A stretch of 57,719 bases of DNA, from NCBI GenBank assembly GCA_041659205.1, contig JBAZYS010000005.1, positions 1 to 57,719 of the forward strand. Reading direction: 5' to 3'. Position numbers and translations under genes: made by a program. The notes beneath the pieces were generated by a model. That model was not told the origin of the DNA and searched no databases. It was given only the letters and a program-made list of their open reading frames with translations. This document shows positions 53,517 through 57,719 of the stretch, one piece after another (position 1 is the first letter of the stretch; the number at the start of each line of letters is the position of its first letter). Source of the DNA: Minisyncoccota bacterium. GTDB lineage: Bacteria; Patescibacteriota; Minisyncoccia; Phycocordibacterales; UBA9973.

Positions 53517-54773
53517 ATGTTTTCTACATTAAATATTCGTATTGGATTTTTTTTGGCAAAGCGCCAAATAAAAAGAACAAGTCCTTGGACTACGATACTT
53601 ATTATTTTCGTGATGGTTTTTACCTTTATAAATTTAGTAGTCATTAGTGGAATCTTAGTTGGGCTTATTCAAGGTGCAGTCAATGCAGTAAGGGAACATT
53701 ATACGAGTGATGTATTTGTTTCTAAATTAAACAATAAAACATATATCGAAAATAGTCCGGAAGTTATTAGGATAATAAAATCACTTCCTCAAGTGGAGGT
53801 TGTTTCTGCTCGTTATTCAGAAGGGGGGACATTGGAAGCAAATTATAAAACACGTAAAAGCGAAAAAGACAAACCAAATATAACACAAACAACTGTGATT
53901 GGTGTTGATCCTACGGCGGAAGATAAAATAACTAATCTTTCAAAATTTGTAATTGAGGGGGAGTATCTTGCCCCAGGAGATTATGATCAGATTTTAATAG
54001 GAGCTTTTTTGGATAAAAAATATTTAGATGTTGATTATCCGAGTTTTTCACCACTTGATAATATTAAACCAGGTGTAAAAGTTCGAATGAGCATAGGGGG
54101 TATAGAACGCGAGGTCACGGTCAAAGGGATAATAAAAGCAAAAGTTGACCAACTTGATATGAGCGCAATCATGATTGATTCACAACTGCGGAGCATGATT
54201 GGTCGCAATGATTACAACGTAGATGAGATATCAGTAAAATTAAAAAAAGGGGCAGATCCAATAATCGTGCGAGATATTCTGAAACGAAATGGGGTAGACA
54301 AGATTGCAAAAGTTCAAACATTTTATGAGGCTATGCCTAAAATGATTCAAGACATGGTGGATACTTTTGATCTTCTTGGAAATATTTTATCTTCCATTGG
54401 TTTAGTGGTTGCTTCGATTACGATTTTTATTGTAATTTTTATTAATGCTATAACCAGAAGGAAATTTATAGGCATATTAAAAGGAATTGGTATCAGTGCA
54501 CAGGCAATTGAAATATCTTATATTATGCAATCTTTTTTTTATGCATTGTGTGGTTCTGTTATAGGTGTGATTTTTCTTTACGGGTTCCTGGAGCCATTTA
54601 TTACAGCACATCCAATTGATTTTACTTTTGCAGATGGAATACTTGTTGCCCCTGTAGGGGGAACAATATTCAGAATAGTCCTACTGATGGTTACGACGAT
54701 TATTGCTGGTTTTGTTCCTGCTCGTTTGGTCGTTCGTAAAAATACGTTAGATTCTATTTTAGGTAGAAATTAA
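53517..54773 (+). CDS. ABC transporter permease (MacB/FtsX-like)
   Basis: RRKFIGILKGIG motif; four TMs with a large extracellular loop. Confidence 0.88.
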   Translation: MFSTLNIRIGFFLAKRQIKRTSPWTTILIIFVMVFTFINLVVISGILVGLIQGAVNAVREHYTSDVFVSKLNNKTYIENSPEVIRIIKSLPQVEVVSARYSEGGTLEANYKTRKSEKDKPNITQTTVIGVDPTAEDKITNLSKFVIEGEYLAPGDYDQILIGAFLDKKYLDVDYPSFSPLDNIKPGVKVRMSIGGIEREVTVKGIIKAKVDQLDMSAIMIDSQLRSMIGRNDYNVDEISVKLKKGADPIIVRDILKRNGVDKIAKVQTFYEAMPKMIQDMVDTFDLLGNILSSIGLVVASITIFIVIFINAITRRKFIGILKGIGISAQAIEISYIMQSFFYALCGSVIGVIFLYGFLEPFITAHPIDFTFADGILVAPVGGTIFRIVLLMVTTIIAGFVPARLVVRKNTLDSILGRN

Positions 54774-54777
54774 TTTT

Positions 54778-55455
54778 ATGATTGAAATAAAAAATTTAAA
54801 AAAATCATTCAAAGATGGAGAGAGTACCACGGAAGTTCTCAAAGGAATAGATTTTACTGCAAAAACTGGAGAATTTATAGCAATTATGGGGCGCTCTGGT
54901 GCCGGCAAAAGCACCCTCCTTTATCAAATGAGTTTATTAGATGAACCAACGAGTGGAGAAATTTTTATAGATGGAAAAAATATGGTGCCACTTTCCATAG
55001 ATGAAAAAACTGCTTTTCGTCTTTCGGAGCTTGGCTATGTTTTTCAAGATTATGCATTACTTCCAGAATTAACAGCATTAGAAAATGTTGTATTGCCACT
55101 TTTGATGCAAAATTTTTCTGAAAAAATTGCTTATGAAAAAGCGATAGAACATTTAACCTTGGTTGGTCTGGAAAAAAGATTAAATAATTTACCAGGGCAG
55201 CTTTCTGGTGGGGAGCAGCAGAGGGTGAGCATTGCGCGCGCCATTGCCCATGAACCAAAAATTTTATTTGCTGATGAACCGACAGCCAACCTAGATAATG
55301 AATCTTCTAGGATTATTATGAATATTTTTAAAAAATTACACTCTGAAGAAGGGCAAACCATCGTAATGGTTACTCATGAGACTGAATTTAGTAAATTTGC
55401 ACAAAGGATAATTCACCTAGATGACGGGAAAATTGTAGGAGAAGAAAAAAATTAA
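54778..55455 (+). CDS. ABC transporter ATP-binding protein (LolD/MacB-like)
   Basis: [30 protein letters not shown] motifs. Confidence 0.93.
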   Translation: MIEIKNLKKSFKDGESTTEVLKGIDFTAKTGEFIAIMGRSGAGKSTLLYQMSLLDEPTSGEIFIDGKNMVPLSIDEKTAFRLSELGYVFQDYALLPELTALENVVLPLLMQNFSEKIAYEKAIEHLTLVGLEKRLNNLPGQLSGGEQQRVSIARAIAHEPKILFADEPTANLDNESSRIIMNIFKKLHSEEGQTIVMVTHETEFSKFAQRIIHLDDGKIVGEEKN

Positions 55456-55548
55456 AAAAGGGGGTAGCTAATCTCTTTATTAGTTGTATGATTAAGTAGC
55501 GTGACATAGAACTTTAAAATTGGTTAGTTTATTGTTTCTGTAATATTT

Positions 55549-56034
55549 ATGAATAATATATTTTTAAATGAACAGAGATGTAATTGCGGCAAACTTTTGC
55601 TGAAAGGTATTTTTCTAGATGCTACTTTAGAAATCAAATGTAAAAAATGTGGAGCGATGAACAGGGTAGATAATTTTTATTTCGATATTGACAAAGAAGG
55701 GATAATAAAATACATTAGTCCGTCTGTAGAAAAGGTTTATAAATTTCCACAAGAAATAGTTTTTGGAAAAAATTATTTTGAATGTGCTCCCATAGGAGAT
55801 AGAGCGGAATGTAAAAAGAACTTTAAATATTTTTCTGAAAACGAAAAAGCATACAGGATGAAGGACACTGCTTGTTTAAGTACTAATGGAGAGACTATTT
55901 TTAGTGAATTGTTTTTTACTCCCAATTTCAATGAAGCAGGTAAGTTTGTTGGATATCGAGTTGTGGCGTGGGTGACAAAAAAAGTTATATCCCTGTGGAT
56001 AACTTTTATATTAGTGTCCGGAACTTTGGTATAA
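55549..56034 (+). CDS. Com-family zinc ribbon fused to a PAS domain
   Basis: RCNCGKLL...LEIKCKKCGAMN followed by DKEGIIKYISPSVEKVY...FGKNY. Confidence 0.8.
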   Translation: MNNIFLNEQRCNCGKLLLKGIFLDATLEIKCKKCGAMNRVDNFYFDIDKEGIIKYISPSVEKVYKFPQEIVFGKNYFECAPIGDRAECKKNFKYFSENEKAYRMKDTACLSTNGETIFSELFFTPNFNEAGKFVGYRVVAWVTKKVISLWITFILVSGTLV

Positions 56035-56100
56035 TTAAAATACGAAGAACTAGAGGCTCATGAAGCCCATTATCATTTTTTTTGATTTGGGTTTTTATTT
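56027..56100 (+). promoter_or_regulatory. Extended -10 promoter plus two-state RNA leader
   Basis: TGGTATAAT (56027-56035); GGCT-CATGA-AGCC hairpin overlapping AAGCCCA/TGGGTTT stem plus T-tract. Confidence 0.55.
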
Positions 56101-56111
56101 TAGCTTTTTTT

Positions 56112-57719
56112 ATGAACTCTCATTTAAATAAAAAAGTATTTCCTGTTTTGTTTGTATTATTTGTCGTTTTTTCTTTTTTTACATTAATATCAAAAGCTGA
56201 GGCCACTGCATGTATAAGTGGAGTAGCTTGTACTGGTGGAACAGGAATATGGGTGGCTCCCGCTGGAGTAACTTCAGTTACGGCGGAAGTTTGGGGAGGT
56301 GGCGGTGGAGGGGCTGGAACAACTACAAATAATAATGGTGGTCAGTCTGGCGGAGGTGGAGGAGCATATTCAAAAAAAAATAATATATCAGTTGTACCTG
56401 GAAATAGTTATAACGTAAACATCGGAGCAGCAGGAACCACCACACAAGGGCCAGGCGGAGCAGGAGGTGATTCATTTTTCTGTAATGCAACCACAAACTG
56501 TGCCTCTATTACTGGGACTGCTGTGCAGTCTGGAGCAAAAGGTGGTGGCGGAGCAACATCACGTACTACTCATGGCATTGGGGGTGCGGCAGCTTCTGGC
56601 TTTGGTGATATAAAATTTAGTGGAGGTGATGGTGGTAATGGTGGTGCTCCAACAATTGGTTCTGGTGGCGGAGGAGGTGCAGGAGGAAGCACCGCTGATG
56701 GTGGCATTGGAGGAAATGGAAGTGCTGGAGTAGCGGGTACAGCTGGTGTAGGTAATGACGGAGGTGGAAACGGTGGAGCTGGGCGAACTAGTTCTGGAAC
56801 AGGAAATGTTGGAGTAGTTCCTGGCGGTGGCGGCGGTGGAGCATACGTCGGAAGTAATGCTAATCAAACTGGTGGTGCTGGTACTGCCGGAAGAGTTATT
56901 CTTACTTATACTGCCGATGTAACTCCACCTGCAGTTTCTGGTGTTACATCAAGCACGGCAAATGGTACATACGCAGCTGGGACAGTTATTCCTATTCAAG
57001 TAAATTTTTCAGAAAGTGTAAACGTTATAGGGACACCTCAACTTACAATATCTACGGGTACTCCAGCGACGACCGTCCTTAATTATACTTCTGGCTCAGG
57101 TACATCAACTCTTACTTTTAATTATACAGTTGCTGCAAGTAATACTTCAGCTGATTTGGATTATTCTGCGACGACATCCCTTGCTTTAAATGCGGGTACA
57201 ATAAAAGATGCAGCAGGGAATAATGCGACACTTACTCTTGCAGCTCCAGGCGCATCGGGTTCTCTTGGTTTTAATAAAAATATTGTAATTGTTACTACTT
57301 TCACCCTCACATATTCTGCCGGGGCAAACGGTAGTATCGTCGGCACCACTCCTCAAACAGTGAACTACGGAGCTTCTGGTACTCTCGTCACCGCGACTCC
57401 ATCTCTCGGATATCACTTCGTCTCTTGGAGTGATGCATATCCTACGGCTGCTCGTACTGATACCAATGTCACTGGAAATATTTCGGTCACCGCTAGTTTC
57501 GCAGTTGATACTTTCACCCTCACATATTCTGCCGGTGCAAACGGTAGTATCGTCGGCACCACTCCACAAACTGTAAACTACGGAGCTTCTGGAACTTTAG
57601 TCACCGCGACTCCATCTCTCGGATATCACTTCGTCTCTTGGAGTGATGCATATCCTACGGCCGCTCGTACTGATACTAATGTCACGGGAAATATTACAGT
57701 GACGGCCACTTTCGCAGTT
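56112..57719 (+). CDS. Large secreted adhesin-like protein (Gly-rich domain, Ig-like domain, InlB B-type repeats); runs off the window end, so missing from the ORF track
   Basis: Signal peptide MNSHLNKK...KAEA; WVAPAGVTSVTAEVWGGGGGG; DVTPPAV; TFTLTYSAGANGSI...GYHFVSWSD. Confidence 0.85.
   Translation, partial: MNSHLNKKVFPVLFVLFVVFSFFTLISKAEATACISGVACTGGTGIWVAPAGVTSVTAEVWGGGGGGAGTTTNNNGGQSGGGGGAYSKKNNISVVPGNSYNVNIGAAGTTTQGPGGAGGDSFFCNATTNCASITGTAVQSGAKGGGGATSRTTHGIGGAAASGFGDIKFSGGDGGNGGAPTIGSGGGGGAGGSTADGGIGGNGSAGVAGTAGVGNDGGGNGGAGRTSSGTGNVGVVPGGGGGGAYVGSNANQTGGAGTAGRVILTYTADVTPPAVSGVTSSTANGTYAAGTVIPIQVNFSESVNVIGTPQLTISTGTPATTVLNYTSGSGTSTLTFNYTVAASNTSADLDYSATTSLALNAGTIKDAAGNNATLTLAAPGASGSLGFNKNIVIVTTFTLTYSAGANGSIVGTTPQTVNYGASGTLVTATPSLGYHFVSWSDAYPTAARTDTNVTGNISVTASFAVDTFTLTYSAGANGSIVGTTPQTVNYGASGTLVTATPSLGYHFVSWSDAYPTAARTDTNVTGNITVTATFAV
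57297..57719 (+). repeat. Near-identical 213-bp (71-aa) tandem repeats
   Basis: Units start at 57297 and 57510 (ACTTTCACCCTCACATATTCTGCCGG). Confidence 0.9.

Noticed and set aside
47818-56002. DnaA boxes TGTGGATAA at 47818-47826 and 55994-56002 as an origin
   Set aside because: Two isolated boxes 8 kb apart, with no cluster and no dnaA or dnaN nearby
55549-56034. Mu-like prophage suggested by the Com domain
   Set aside because: No transposase, structural, mom or lysis genes flank it

Overview
AT-rich chromosomal segment, most likely from a Patescibacteria/CPR bacterium of the Parcubacteria (Nomurabacteria-like). That assignment is inferred from the compact gene content, short RF2, CPR-style pilin and surface proteins and scarcity of Shine-Dalgarno motifs. 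The window starts in the 3' part of a 5S rRNA and carries housekeeping genes (rodA, folD, secDF, lemA/htpX, gatCA, prfB, ftsEX, pyrG, mltG, htrA, rnj, secG, glmS), six tRNAs, a CsoR-controlled copper operon, a MacAB-like ABC exporter and several secreted Ig-like proteins. Signals beyond the ORF track: (1) a compact cobalamin riboswitch with a readable terminator/antiterminator controlling two exported DUF4430 / alpha-alpha-toroid proteins, together resembling a transcobalamin-like B12 capture system; (2) a Mu Com-like zinc ribbon fused to a PAS domain, next to a two-state RNA leader in front of a large adhesin; (3) duplicated 5' fragments of three tRNAs, three of the four carrying the same CAG-to-GTT change, plus an att-like 3' duplication of tRNA-Asp; (4) several families of tiny palindromic repeats, some inside coding frames; (5) a 36-nt motif found twice in 5' UTRs; (6) a -10 box exactly 6 nt before the start codon in 14 genes, indicating leaderless transcription; (7) two GC-rich, SD-led orphan cassettes. 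All product calls come from motif recognition by eye; no database searches were run.
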